From positions 480,001-544,000 of the forward strand of contig CAWDML010000009.1 in the NCBI GenBank assembly GCA_963803435.1: a stretch of 64,000 nt of DNA. The letters are read 5' to 3'. The stretch is from an uncultured delta proteobacterium (lineage in GTDB: Bacteria > Myxococcota > Kuafuiibacteriia > Kuafuiibacteriales > Kuafuiibacteriaceae). The notes beneath the pieces are model-generated. The model saw nothing but the letters and a program-made list of their open reading frames with translations, did no database searches and was not told the origin of the DNA. Both the position numbers and the translations under genes were made by a program. This document shows positions 19,243-28,028 of the stretch, in pieces (position 1 is the stretch's first letter; each line of letters starts with the position of its first letter).

Positions 19243-21201
19243 TTACAGCGAGGCTCCGAAGCGCTCCATCAACACGCTCGTCCCCAGCACCAGGTTGAGC
19301 GCCCAGGAGGCGCGCAGCGCACGCAGGTCCTTGGCGCCGGTCTCGAGGTAGCGGAGCCTCGCCTCGACGGCCGCGGGATCGAACAACCCCGCCTTTGCCA
19401 GCGCCGAGGGGGAGAGCGCGGCGTCGACGAACTCGGGCCGCTTCGGCTGGAAGAGCCAGCGCGTGATCGGCGCCATGAACGCGCGCTTCTTGCGACGGCG
19501 GGCGGCTTCGAGGATGACGCCGGTCAGGGCGCGGCGGAGCAGGTGCTTCTCCTGGAACGCGCGGAGCAGCAGCCGCGGGGGCACGCGCTGGGTGAGCTCG
19601 GCGATCCGATGATCGAGGAACGGGACGCGCGCCTCGACCGAGTGGGCCATCGTCAGTCGATCGCCCAGCGCCAGCACCCAGCCGTCGAGGCGGCTGGCCT
19701 GCTCGAAGGCGAGCTCCCGGTGGAGCAGCGCGGCCGGCGTGCCCTCTCCCTCGAGCGCTCGCGGTGGTTCGGGGAGGAGCGCCACCGGATCGAGCGACCC
19801 GAGCAGCGCCGCCCTCGCCTCGGCCGTGAGGAGCGCCGAGGACTCCTCGAGGAGCAGCCACCAGTGCTCGATCCAGGGTGGGATCAGCCGGTACCGCTCG
19901 GCCACGCTGGACTCGTCCCGCGACCAGCGCACCAGCGAGGAGACAATGCCGCGACGGCCAATCCCGAGGAGCAGCAACCCGCGCAGGAAGGCGTCGCGGA
20001 GCGGGCGCAGCACCCCGCCGAGCGCCCGCCGCGCGCGGCGCAGGCGAAAGGCCGCGTAGCCGGCGAAGATCTCGTCGGACCCCTCGCCGGTCAGGATCAC
20101 CTTCAGTCCGGCGCCGTGCACCGCGCGCGCGAGCTGATGGAGGCAGAACGCGACCGTGTGCACCTGAGGGGCCTCCATGGCTGCGATCGTGGCGCCGTAG
20201 TCCTCGGCGGAGATGCCGGTGATCTCCACCCGCGTGTGTTCCGCGCCGATCGCGCGGGCAACCAGCTCCGCGATCGGGGTCTCGTCGTAGCCGGCGTCGG
20301 CGGAGGCGAAGCCCATCGAGAAGGTCTGGAGCGGCCGGTCGAGCGCGGCCGCCGCCAGCGTGGCGATCGCCACCGAGTCGAGCCCGCCCGAGAGGTAGCT
20401 GCCCACCGGAACGTCCGCGATCAGGTGCTCCCGAACGACCTCGGTCAGGAGCGCGCGGAGCGACTCGGCGGCCGCGCCCGGATCCGACCGCGCCGCCCGC
20501 GCCCGCGTCGAGGGATACTCGATGGCCCAGTACCGCGCCGTGTGGTCCGCGCCGTCGAGCTGGAGCGTGCGCGTGCTCCCCGGCGCCAGCGCGCGGATCC
20601 CGGCGAACATGGTGGCGGGCGGCATCGGATAGCCGGCGGTCATCACGTCGAGCAGCGCCCGAGGATCGAGCTTCGGCTGGACGATCCGCGTGGCGAGGAT
20701 GGCCTTGGCCTCCGACGCGAACAGAAGCAGGTCACCGCGGGCGCGATCGGCCGTGAACAGCGGCTTGATCCCGAAGCGGTCGCGCGCGAGGACCAGGCGG
20801 CGCCTGTTCGCGTCCCAGAGCGCGAACGCGAACATGCCGGTGAGTGCACCGGGCAGCGCCTCGCCGAGGTCCTCGTAGCCGTGCACCAGGACCTCGGTGT
20901 CGGCGTTTGTCCGGAACCGGTGGCCCGACGGCTCGAGGCTGCCGCGCAAGGCCCGGTGGTTGTAGATCTCGCCGTTGAACACGACGGCCACCTGCTCGTC
21001 CTCGTTGAACAAGGGCATGTGTCCGTGCTCGACATCGATGATCGAGAGGCGCGTCGAGACCAAGCCGCAGTGCGGCGTGACCAGCATGCCGGTGTCGTCC
21101 GGCCCGCGGTGCTGGAGCGCCTCCGCCATCCGGGCCAGGAGCGCGCGGCCTTCCTCCGGGTCGATCCCTTCCCGAGAGAAGTATCCTCCGACACCGCACA
21201 T
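19243..21201 (-). CDS. asnB: asparagine synthase (glutamine-hydrolysing)-like amidotransferase
   Basis: MCG N-terminus, HRGPD, FNGEIYN, RDRFGIKPL, LSGGLDS, GEGSDE, EARVPFLD. Confidence 0.92.
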   Translation of the reverse strand: MCGVGGYFSREGIDPEEGRALLARMAEALQHRGPDDTGMLVTPHCGLVSTRLSIIDVEHGHMPLFNEDEQVAVVFNGEIYNHRALRGSLEPSGHRFRTNADTEVLVHGYEDLGEALPGALTGMFAFALWDANRRRLVLARDRFGIKPLFTADRARGDLLLFASEAKAILATRIVQPKLDPRALLDVMTAGYPMPPATMFAGIRALAPGSTRTLQLDGADHTARYWAIEYPSTRARAARSDPGAAAESLRALLTEVVREHLIADVPVGSYLSGGLDSVAIATLAAAALDRPLQTFSMGFASADAGYDETPIAELVARAIGAEHTRVEITGISAEDYGATIAAMEAPQVHTVAFCLHQLARAVHGAGLKVILTGEGSDEIFAGYAAFRLRRARRALGGVLRPLRDAFLRGLLLLGIGRRGIVSSLVRWSRDESSVAERYRLIPPWIEHWWLLLEESSALLTAEARAALLGSLDPVALLPEPPRALEGEGTPAALLHRELAFEQASRLDGWVLALGDRLTMAHSVEARVPFLDHRIAELTQRVPPRLLLRAFQEKHLLRRALTGVILEAARRRKKRAFMAPITRWLFQPKRPEFVDAALSPSALAKAGLFDPAAVEARLRYLETGAKDLRALRASWALNLVLGTSVLMERFGASL

Positions 21202-21283
21202 GGAGATCAGAGCTCAGCTCCGCATCGCTGCCAGCCGCATAACACAGCGAGTCCGAGCGGTCGACCGCGGTAGACTGCGCCCG

Positions 21284-21823
21284 ATGCCGACCATCGAGCT
21301 GGAGATGCGCATCGAGGCGCCAATCGAGCGTGTGTTCGACCTGGCGCGAAGCATCGATCTCCATCGCGTGACGCAGTCGCGCCACCGCGAAGAAGCGATC
21401 GCGGGGGTGACGACCGGTCTCATCGGGCTGGGAGAGGAGGTCACCTGGCGGGCGACCCACTTCGGACTTCGCCTCCGGCTCACCTCACGGATCGAGGCCT
21501 TCGATCGCCCATGGCACTTCCGCGACTCCATGGTGCGCGGCCCGTTCGCGCGCTTCGATCACGACCATCACTTTCGGGCCGACGGCGCCTCGGTCGTGAT
21601 GCGGGATGTCTTCGACTACCGCTCGCCGCTGGGCTGGCTCGGACGCCTCGCGGACGGACTGGCGGTCGAGCGGCACATGACGCGCCTCCTCGAGGAGAGG
21701 GCGGCAATCCTCAGACGGGTCGCCGAGTCCGACCAGTGGACGGCGTTCCTCACCGCGGCCGGCGACGAACCGTTGCGATCTGGAGCACACCCTCCGGGGG
21801 GTGACAGATCGCGCCGCCCCTGA
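21284..21823 (+). CDS. SRPBCC (START-like) family protein
   Basis: FDLARSIDLH, VTWRATHFG and FRDSMVRGPF..FDHDH. Confidence 0.85.
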   Translation: MPTIELEMRIEAPIERVFDLARSIDLHRVTQSRHREEAIAGVTTGLIGLGEEVTWRATHFGLRLRLTSRIEAFDRPWHFRDSMVRGPFARFDHDHHFRADGASVVMRDVFDYRSPLGWLGRLADGLAVERHMTRLLEERAAILRRVAESDQWTAFLTAAGDEPLRSGAHPPGGDRSRRP

Positions 21824-21835
21824 CACCCTCGAAGC

Positions 21836-22162
21836 GTGGATCCCACCAAGCTCGGTGCGAAACAGAAGGTCGGCACCCCTGCCGCGAGCCCGGCGCTCGC
21901 GGGCCGCGTGGCGCCCAAGGCCTCCTTCGAGGCGACGCTGGCCGCACGCACGCAGAAGAAGACCGCCGCCAAGACGCCGGTGCGGAGCGCCGTGCAGGAG
22001 GCCATCGACCAGAGCCACGGGGGCACCAATCCGGCGCTCCTCGAGGAAGCGGAGAAGCAGCTCGGCCTGCAGCTGGCCCGCTCGATCCTTCAGAACCCCC
22101 AGCCGGCCCCCCTCAACGTCGATCCGCCCGAGGATCCAGCCTCTGAAGAAGACGACGGCTGA
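21836..22162 (+). CDS. hypothetical protein
   Basis: GC3-rich 108-aa ORF, no recognised motif. Confidence 0.5.
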   Translation: MDPTKLGAKQKVGTPAASPALAGRVAPKASFEATLAARTQKKTAAKTPVRSAVQEAIDQSHGGTNPALLEEAEKQLGLQLARSILQNPQPAPLNVDPPEDPASEEDDG

Positions 22163-22165
22163 GGC

Positions 22166-22531
22166 TCAGAACCACTCGCATTCCGCCGGCGGCTTGGATC
22201 CCTCCTTGAAGATGACCGCCTGACCCTCTCCCGACGGCGCGCCCATCGTGTTGGACAGCTCCACCGAGATCACGGCGTCCGCGCCCACCTTCCGCGCCTG
22301 CTTCGCCAGCCCGGTCTTCGCCTTTCGATCACCGCCGTAGCTGTTGAGCTCGACCTTGATGTCGGCGATCGCCAGGTACTCGACGCCCGGCGGGGGGCGC
22401 CCTTGAAGGATGCAGACCGTTCGATCGTGGCTCGGGTAGGACTCCTTCACCAGCGGCGTGACGGTCACACCGCGGCACGCAGCTCCGGATAAGACGAGCC
22501 CCCCGAGGGCCGCCAGCCACCATCTTTGCAT
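22166..22531 (-). CDS. small lipoprotein
   Basis: Lipobox GAAC; KQARKVGADAVI segment resembles YbjQ-like proteins. Confidence 0.65.
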   Translation of the reverse strand: MQRWWLAALGGLVLSGAACRGVTVTPLVKESYPSHDRTVCILQGRPPPGVEYLAIADIKVELNSYGGDRKAKTGLAKQARKVGADAVISVELSNTMGAPSGEGQAVIFKEGSKPPAECEWF

Positions 22532-22576
22532 GCGCCTGTTTGGCAGGGACCGAATCCAGTTTCAAGCCCGGCCCGC

Positions 22577-22840
22577 TCAACCGATGACGTGAAAGTGCCT
22601 CGGATCCTTCGAACAGACGATGTGGGCACGCGTAATCTCGAGCGGCGACCCGCAGCGGTCGCAGTGGACGTCGACGCCCCGCTCGAAGAGCGTCCAGACG
22701 TCGTCGCCGGCATTCTCGCCGGCCGTCGCGTAGTAGCGGCCGTCCGCCGCCGGGGCCGGGTCCACCGTCCGCACCTCCCGCGGCTCCGGGACGACCTGGC
22801 CCTCCACTTCGAAAAGCTCGAACACCGCTCGCGTCTTCAT
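22577..22840 (-). CDS. small Zn-ribbon protein, putative immunity
   Basis: CDRC...C....H; lies 3 bp downstream of the HExxH gene; paralog of 56715-57008. Confidence 0.65.
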   Translation of the reverse strand: MKTRAVFELFEVEGQVVPEPREVRTVDPAPAADGRYYATAGENAGDDVWTLFERGVDVHCDRCGSPLEITRAHIVCSKDPRHFHVIG

Positions 22841-22843
22841 TGA

Positions 22844-23467
22844 TCACCTCACCGGCAGGTCCGCGTACTCGGCGAGGGCCTGCACCTCGAGCCAGATCGC
22901 CCGCCGCTCGACGCGCGAGGGCCGGCGTCCCTCACGATAAAGAAAGGCGCGGCTGCGAGCCCGGACCTCGTCGAGCTGGGTCGAGCGGTCCCCGCGATGG
23001 TGGCGCAGCACGTGCGATGACTCGTGGACGAGCGTCGCGACCACCGCCGCGACCGAGCGGTGGTTCCGCACGAAGACCTTGATTCGATTCGCCACCACGT
23101 CCGCCATTCCCAGCAACCGGCAAGGGCCCAGCCCGAAGTCGAGGACGACGGAGGTACCGAGCGCCCGGACCTGACGGAGCGAGCGCCACGCCACCGGATT
23201 CGCGCCGACGAGACGCGCGATCCGCCGCGCAGCGATCGGATCGAGCGGATCGATCGCGTTGCGCGCCTCGATCGACGCCGCGCGCTCCTGCGAGACGCGG
23301 ACCTCGAGCGGATCGGCCGAACCACCCGGCGCCGTCGCGGGCGGAGGAAGGCAGCCTGGGATCGACGGGGCCCGGAGTCGCCTCGCCGGCGCCGGCCGCG
23401 CGCTCAGGCTCGGCGCGATCGCCGGCGGTGCGAGCCGCGCGGGCTTGGTGATCCCCGACCTGGTCAC
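22844..23467 (-). CDS. HExxH metallopeptidase, toxin-tip-like
   Basis: LVHESSH...DEVRA motif; start placed at GTG 23467 after a GAGG RBS and sigma54 box; Pro/Ala-rich N-terminus. Confidence 0.6.
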   Translation of the reverse strand: MTRSGITKPARLAPPAIAPSLSARPAPARRLRAPSIPGCLPPPATAPGGSADPLEVRVSQERAASIEARNAIDPLDPIAARRIARLVGANPVAWRSLRQVRALGTSVVLDFGLGPCRLLGMADVVANRIKVFVRNHRSVAAVVATLVHESSHVLRHHRGDRSTQLDEVRARSRAFLYREGRRPSRVERRAIWLEVQALAEYADLPVR

Positions 23468-23480
23468 ATCGCCTCGGAAG

Positions 23481-23497
23481 AGCACACGGCGTGCCGG
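23481..23497 (-). promoter_or_regulatory. sigma54-type -24/-12 promoter
   Basis: Minus strand CCGGCACG-CCGT-GTGCT against consensus TGGCACG-N4-TTGC. Confidence 0.55.
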
Positions 23498-23525
23498 CCC
23501 CGCCGGTGGGCGATTGACCCCAGGG

Positions 23526-23588
23526 GTCCGTCCGGAACGTCCGAAACGTCCGAAACGTCCGAAACGTCCGAAACGTCCGAAAGGTCCG
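23526..23588. repeat. 9-bp tandem repeat (CGTCCGAAA) x~6
   Basis: Directly visible, upstream of the sigma54 box. Confidence 0.9.
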
Positions 23589-23799
23589 GCGCTCGAGGAG
23601 CGAGTGTCCCTTGGTACAGTGAGTTGGGTCTTCGCTCCGCCGCGGGGTCGAGGGCCCGCCCCGCGTCCGGGCGCGCCGGCGCCCGCTGCGAGACCGGCGG
23701 CCACCGCCCCAGCGACGAGCCATACGCCAGGGGGAACGAGCCCCACCAGAGATTGAGCTGCGCCGCCCGATCTGATAGCCGAAAGCGGTCCGAGCTCGT

Positions 23800-24855
23800 A
23801 TGTCTGCCGACGATCCCTGGCGCGCCCTCCGCGAGACCCTCGACGCGCACCGCCGCGCGGGGCGGCGCATCGTCACCACCAACGGGTGCTTCGACGTCCT
23901 CCACGCCGGCCACCTGAGCCTCCTCGAGGAGGCCCGGGCCCTGGGCGACGTGCTGGTGGTGGGCATCAACGGCGACGCCTCCGTGCGCCGGCTGAAGGGA
24001 CCGGGTCGCCCTCGCATGTGCTCGTTCGATCGAGCGCGCCTGCTGGCGGCGCTGGCGCCCGTCGATCACGTGGTGGTGTTCGAGGACGATCTCCCGCTCC
24101 ACTTCCTCGAGCAGGTCCGGCCCCACCTCCATGTGAAGGGCGGCGACTACGACGCCGACCGGATGCCGGAGACCGCGCTGGTCCGGCAGAACGGCGGCGA
24201 GGTTCGCGTGCTCCCCCTGATCGAGGGGCGGTCCAGCTCGATCGCGCAGCTCGACGGCGCGCCGGCCGAGGGCACGCCCGCCCGGACCGCCCTGGTCGAG
24301 TGTCTCCGCTGGTCGAACGTGGTGCGCCAGACCGGTTACCGGCTCGCGGAGGCCATCGCCCGGGAGGGCGAGCGCATGCACGCGGTCCTCGCCGGCGGCG
24401 GACGCCTCCTGGTCTGCGGCAACGGCGGTAGCGCCTGCGACGCGGACCATTTCGCCTCGGAGCTGATCGGACGATTTCGTCGCGAGCGGGACGGCGTCGC
24501 GGTGATCAGCTTGGTCGGCGGCACCGGTGCCCTGACCAGCCTCTCGAACGACTTCGGCTTCGCCGAGGTGTTTCGCCGGCAGATCGTCGCGCTGGCGAAG
24601 GACGGTGACCTGCTGCTGGCGATCTCGACCAGCGGAAGGTCCGAGAACGTCCTCCGCGCGCTGACCGAGGCGAGGGCGCGCGGTGTGTTCACCGTGCTCC
24701 TGACCGGGCAGACCGGCGGGCCGGCCCAGGCGCTGGCCGACGTCGTCCTCGACGTCCCGAGCGACGATACCGTCGAGATCCAGCAGGGGCACCGCGCCGT
24801 GATCCACGCGCTGTGCGAGCGGATCGACGCCTTGATAGGTGAGGGTTCAAGATGA
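23800..24855 (+). CDS. heptose-1-phosphate adenylyltransferase (HldC/RfaE-II) fused to phosphoheptose isomerase GmhA
   Basis: TNGCFDVLHAGH...KGGDY followed by CGNGGSACDADH, SNDFGF, ISTSGRS, IQQGH. Confidence 0.9.
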   Translation: MSADDPWRALRETLDAHRRAGRRIVTTNGCFDVLHAGHLSLLEEARALGDVLVVGINGDASVRRLKGPGRPRMCSFDRARLLAALAPVDHVVVFEDDLPLHFLEQVRPHLHVKGGDYDADRMPETALVRQNGGEVRVLPLIEGRSSSIAQLDGAPAEGTPARTALVECLRWSNVVRQTGYRLAEAIAREGERMHAVLAGGGRLLVCGNGGSACDADHFASELIGRFRRERDGVAVISLVGGTGALTSLSNDFGFAEVFRRQIVALAKDGDLLLAISTSGRSENVLRALTEARARGVFTVLLTGQTGGPAQALADVVLDVPSDDTVEIQQGHRAVIHALCERIDALIGEGSR

Positions 24856-25847
24856 ATGCAGCGAATCGTCAGCTCAGCCGCTCGACCGCGCGGCGCCTGC
24901 TCGAGGGCGTGGGCCGCGCGCGTGTCCTCGTCACCGGCGACGTGATCCTGGACGAATACATGATGGGCGGCGCGTCCCGCCTCAGCCCCGAGGCGCCCGT
25001 GCCGGTCGTCGAGGTGGACGAGGTGCGCGTGTTCCCCGGCGGCGCGGCCAATGTGGCGCTCGGGAGCTCGCGGCTGGGCGCATCGACGCTCTTGATCGGG
25101 GTCGTCGGTGACGACGCCGACGGCGCCCGGCTGGCGGCGCTGCTCGAGGGCGAGCCCCACCTCGAGACCGTGTTCCTGGTGGACCCGAGCCGGCCGACGA
25201 CCCGGAAGAGCCGGGTCGTCGCCAGCGGGCAGCAAATCGTGCGCTTCGATCACGAGGTCCGCCGTCCGCTCGACGCAGAGGTCGCGGGGCGCGTGGCCGC
25301 CGAGCTGGAGCGTCGCCTCACGGAGAACCTCGGCGCGGTGATCCTCTCCGACTACCAGAAGGGCGTGCTGTGCCCGACCGTGCTCCGCGCCGCGATCGAG
25401 ACGGCGAAGGCTCGCGAGGTCCCCTGCGTGGTCGACCCGAAGCTGAGAGACTTCCGCGCGTACCGCGGTGCCAGCGTGATCACGCCGAACCTCCTCGAGG
25501 CCTATGCGGCGACGGGCGCCGATCCCGGGACACCCACGCCGGTCCTCCTGAGAGCGCTGATGGCGCTGCTCGATGGCACCTCCGTGGTGATCACCGAGGG
25601 CGAGGCCGGGATGACGCTCCAGTCGCCGGGCGAGGATCCGCTGCATGTGTTTCCGCGGCTCCGGCCGGTGTTCGATCGGACTGGCGCGGGCGATACCGTG
25701 GTGGCGGTGCTCTCGGCCGCGCTGGCCGGCGGCGCCGAGCTGCGCGAGGCCGCCGAGCTGGCGAACGTCGCGGCCGGAGTGGCGGTCAGCAAGCCCGGGA
25801 TCGTCGCGATCCACGCCGACGAGATCCTCGAAGAGCTCGAGGATTGA
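24852..25847 (+). CDS. D-glycero-beta-D-manno-heptose-7-phosphate kinase (HldA/RfaE-I)
   Basis: GDVILDEY, RLSPEAPVPVV, SDYQKG, TPN and DRTGAGDT motifs. Confidence 0.92.
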   Translation: MNAANRQLSRSTARRLLEGVGRARVLVTGDVILDEYMMGGASRLSPEAPVPVVEVDEVRVFPGGAANVALGSSRLGASTLLIGVVGDDADGARLAALLEGEPHLETVFLVDPSRPTTRKSRVVASGQQIVRFDHEVRRPLDAEVAGRVAAELERRLTENLGAVILSDYQKGVLCPTVLRAAIETAKAREVPCVVDPKLRDFRAYRGASVITPNLLEAYAATGADPGTPTPVLLRALMALLDGTSVVITEGEAGMTLQSPGEDPLHVFPRLRPVFDRTGAGDTVVAVLSAALAGGAELREAAELANVAAGVAVSKPGIVAIHADEILEELED

Positions 25848-25850
25848 GCC

Positions 25851-26771
25851 TCACTCCAGATCCTTCCCCAGCACCCCGAGGCGGAGGAGCGGCAGCAGCA
25901 TCTCGTGGTGGCCGGTGATGTCGAGCCCCTTGCCGCCGGTCGGTCGATCCAGCACGTTCACCCGCGGCCGGTAGTGCCGGATCATGTCGAGGTTCGCCGC
26001 CGTGAACTGGCGTGGGCCCCCGCTCAGGTTGCGGCTGATCGTGAGCGCCTTGAGGAAGACCTCCGGCAGCACGACGGCGCTCCCCACGTTGATCCAGACC
26101 CCGTCCTCGAGCCCCTCGAGCGTCGCGGCCAGGCTCCGGAAGTCGCGGAGCGTGCTCTCGCCCAGCGCCGCGCCGTCGAGCTCGGGGTGCATGTGGACGA
26201 TGTCGGCCCCGATCGCGACGTGGACGGTCACGGGGAGGTCGAGCCGGGCGCCCGCAGCCAGCACGCTCTCGGCGGCGTGCGGCAGCGCGAGCATCCGCCG
26301 GCCGAAGGCGCGACCGAGGCCCTCGCCCTCATCGCAAGCTGCCTTGCAGGCATCCGCGAAGGCCTGCGCGGTCTCCTCCGCCATCCCGAAGGAGCCGTCC
26401 TCCAGGCTGGTGCGCACGTCCTCCGAGGTCGCGCCGATCGACGCCAGCTCGAAGTCGTGCACCGCCCCCGCCCCGTGCATCGCGATCGCCTTGAGCACGC
26501 CGCGCTCCATCAGGTCCACGAGCGTGGGCCCGAGCCCGACCTTGAGCACGTGCGCTCCGATCGACATGCCGACGAGCGCCCCGCCTCTCCAGGCGCGATG
26601 GACCGCCTCCACGAGCGATCGGAACGAGCGCGCCCCCAGAAAGTCGGGCCAGGCGCAGATCATCTCCCAGTGGGCGAGCGAAGGCTCGAGGAGCGTCCCG
26701 AACTGCCTCCGATCGACGAGGTTCGTCCGCTCGGCCAGCGGGTAGCGGGTCAGCTCGTCCAGCGTCTTCAT
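25851..26771 (-). CDS. conserved hypothetical protein (deoxyhypusine-synthase-like fold suspected)
   Basis: GAHVLKVG, HDFE, FGMAEET, GSAVVLPEVFLKA, GHHEMLLP; coupled to the GT9 gene. Confidence 0.7.
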   Translation of the reverse strand: MKTLDELTRYPLAERTNLVDRRQFGTLLEPSLAHWEMICAWPDFLGARSFRSLVEAVHRAWRGGALVGMSIGAHVLKVGLGPTLVDLMERGVLKAIAMHGAGAVHDFELASIGATSEDVRTSLEDGSFGMAEETAQAFADACKAACDEGEGLGRAFGRRMLALPHAAESVLAAGARLDLPVTVHVAIGADIVHMHPELDGAALGESTLRDFRSLAATLEGLEDGVWINVGSAVVLPEVFLKALTISRNLSGGPRQFTAANLDMIRHYRPRVNVLDRPTGGKGLDITGHHEMLLPLLRLGVLGKDLE

Positions 26772-28003
26772 GCGGCCCTCACCCGGGACAGCGCGGCTTC
26801 GACCTCACGGTAGACATGGTCCACCGTGATGGCCTGCATGCAGCGGTTGTTCGTGCACGGCGAGAAGCGGTGGTTGTAGGGGCTGACGCAGGGGCTGCAG
26901 GCGAGCCCGGCCCAGAGCACGTGCCGGTTCTCGCCGAGCGGCCCGAACAGCTGCGGCGTCTCCGGGCCGAACAACACGATGTTGTGGATGTCCGTCATGG
27001 ACGCGAAGTGGCCCGGACCGCTGTCGTTGGTGATCAGCACGTCGGCGATCGCGTAGAGGACCAGCACCTCGCGGAGCGTGGTCGCCCCTGCGAGCGAGAC
27101 CGCGCGGTCGGAGCCGATCTCGCGGCAGACCGCCTCGGCGCCCGCGCGCTCCGAGGGCGCCCCGGTGATGACCAGCGTGGCGTCGGGTTGCCGCGCGATG
27201 ATGCGCCGCCCCAGCTCGATGAAGCGCTCGGTCGGCCACATGCGGATCGGCAGCAGATCGCCAGTGTTGGGGTTCAGCACCACCAACTTGCCCTCGCGGC
27301 CGCGGCCCACGCCGCCGTCGATCAGGGCTCGAACCCGCGCCTTCTCCTCCTCGGTGGGGACGAAGCGCGGGCGCTCTTCGTCGGAGCGGTCGGTCCGGAT
27401 CTTGAGCAGCGGCAGGTCGTGCGGATCCTGGTCGAGCGCCTCCACCAGGTTGCTGTAGGCCTGCGAGGTGTGCAGGTACGGGTTGTACTGCACGCGATGG
27501 GTCATGAGGTCGCCGCGGTACGGTCCCTCGGCGGTGAAGCGGTGGAGGCCCACCCGCCAGCTGGCGCCCGTCAGGTACGCCAGGATCGCCGGCGCCCGGG
27601 CCATCAGCTCCATGTCGACGACCGTGTCGATTCCGAGCCGGCGGATCCGCGCCAGCGCCCGCAGCGCGTCCAAGAGGAAGACCGGCAGCGTGTCGTGCCG
27701 GATCTCGATCACGTTCTCGGGCGGGATCAGCCCCAGGATGTCGATGATCGGCCGGTTCTCCCTGAAGACGCAGAAGTACACGTTGTCCCGCCCCACCCGC
27801 GCCACCGCGCGCCGGATGGCGGGCGCGGCGAGGACGGTCGCCCCCTGCTCGATCAGCTTGAGAAACAGGACCTTCGTGGGCTCCACCGGCGATCCCCGCG
27901 GCGTCGGGGAGGTCATCTCCGCGAGTCGCCGATGGAGGGTCAGCAGGTAGCAGAGGATGCTGCCGAAAAATGCGTCGATCCGTTTGATTGTCTCTTTCGT
28001 CAA
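26768..28003 (-). CDS. GT9 heptosyltransferase-like
   Basis: LITNDSGPGHFA, LFGP, CSPC...C.NNRCMQAITV. Confidence 0.88.
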   Translation of the reverse strand: MTKETIKRIDAFFGSILCYLLTLHRRLAEMTSPTPRGSPVEPTKVLFLKLIEQGATVLAAPAIRRAVARVGRDNVYFCVFRENRPIIDILGLIPPENVIEIRHDTLPVFLLDALRALARIRRLGIDTVVDMELMARAPAILAYLTGASWRVGLHRFTAEGPYRGDLMTHRVQYNPYLHTSQAYSNLVEALDQDPHDLPLLKIRTDRSDEERPRFVPTEEEKARVRALIDGGVGRGREGKLVVLNPNTGDLLPIRMWPTERFIELGRRIIARQPDATLVITGAPSERAGAEAVCREIGSDRAVSLAGATTLREVLVLYAIADVLITNDSGPGHFASMTDIHNIVLFGPETPQLFGPLGENRHVLWAGLACSPCVSPYNHRFSPCTNNRCMQAITVDHVYREVEAALSRVRAA

Positions 28004-28028
28004 ACGCCGGTACTCGACGCGCGAAGCT

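Noticed and set aside
19243-21201. Lasso-peptide cyclase
   Set aside because: Intact glutaminase Cys at the N-terminus; no B protein or precursor gene adjacent.
23526-23588. CRISPR array
   Set aside because: 9-bp contiguous units with no spacers; no cas genes in the window.
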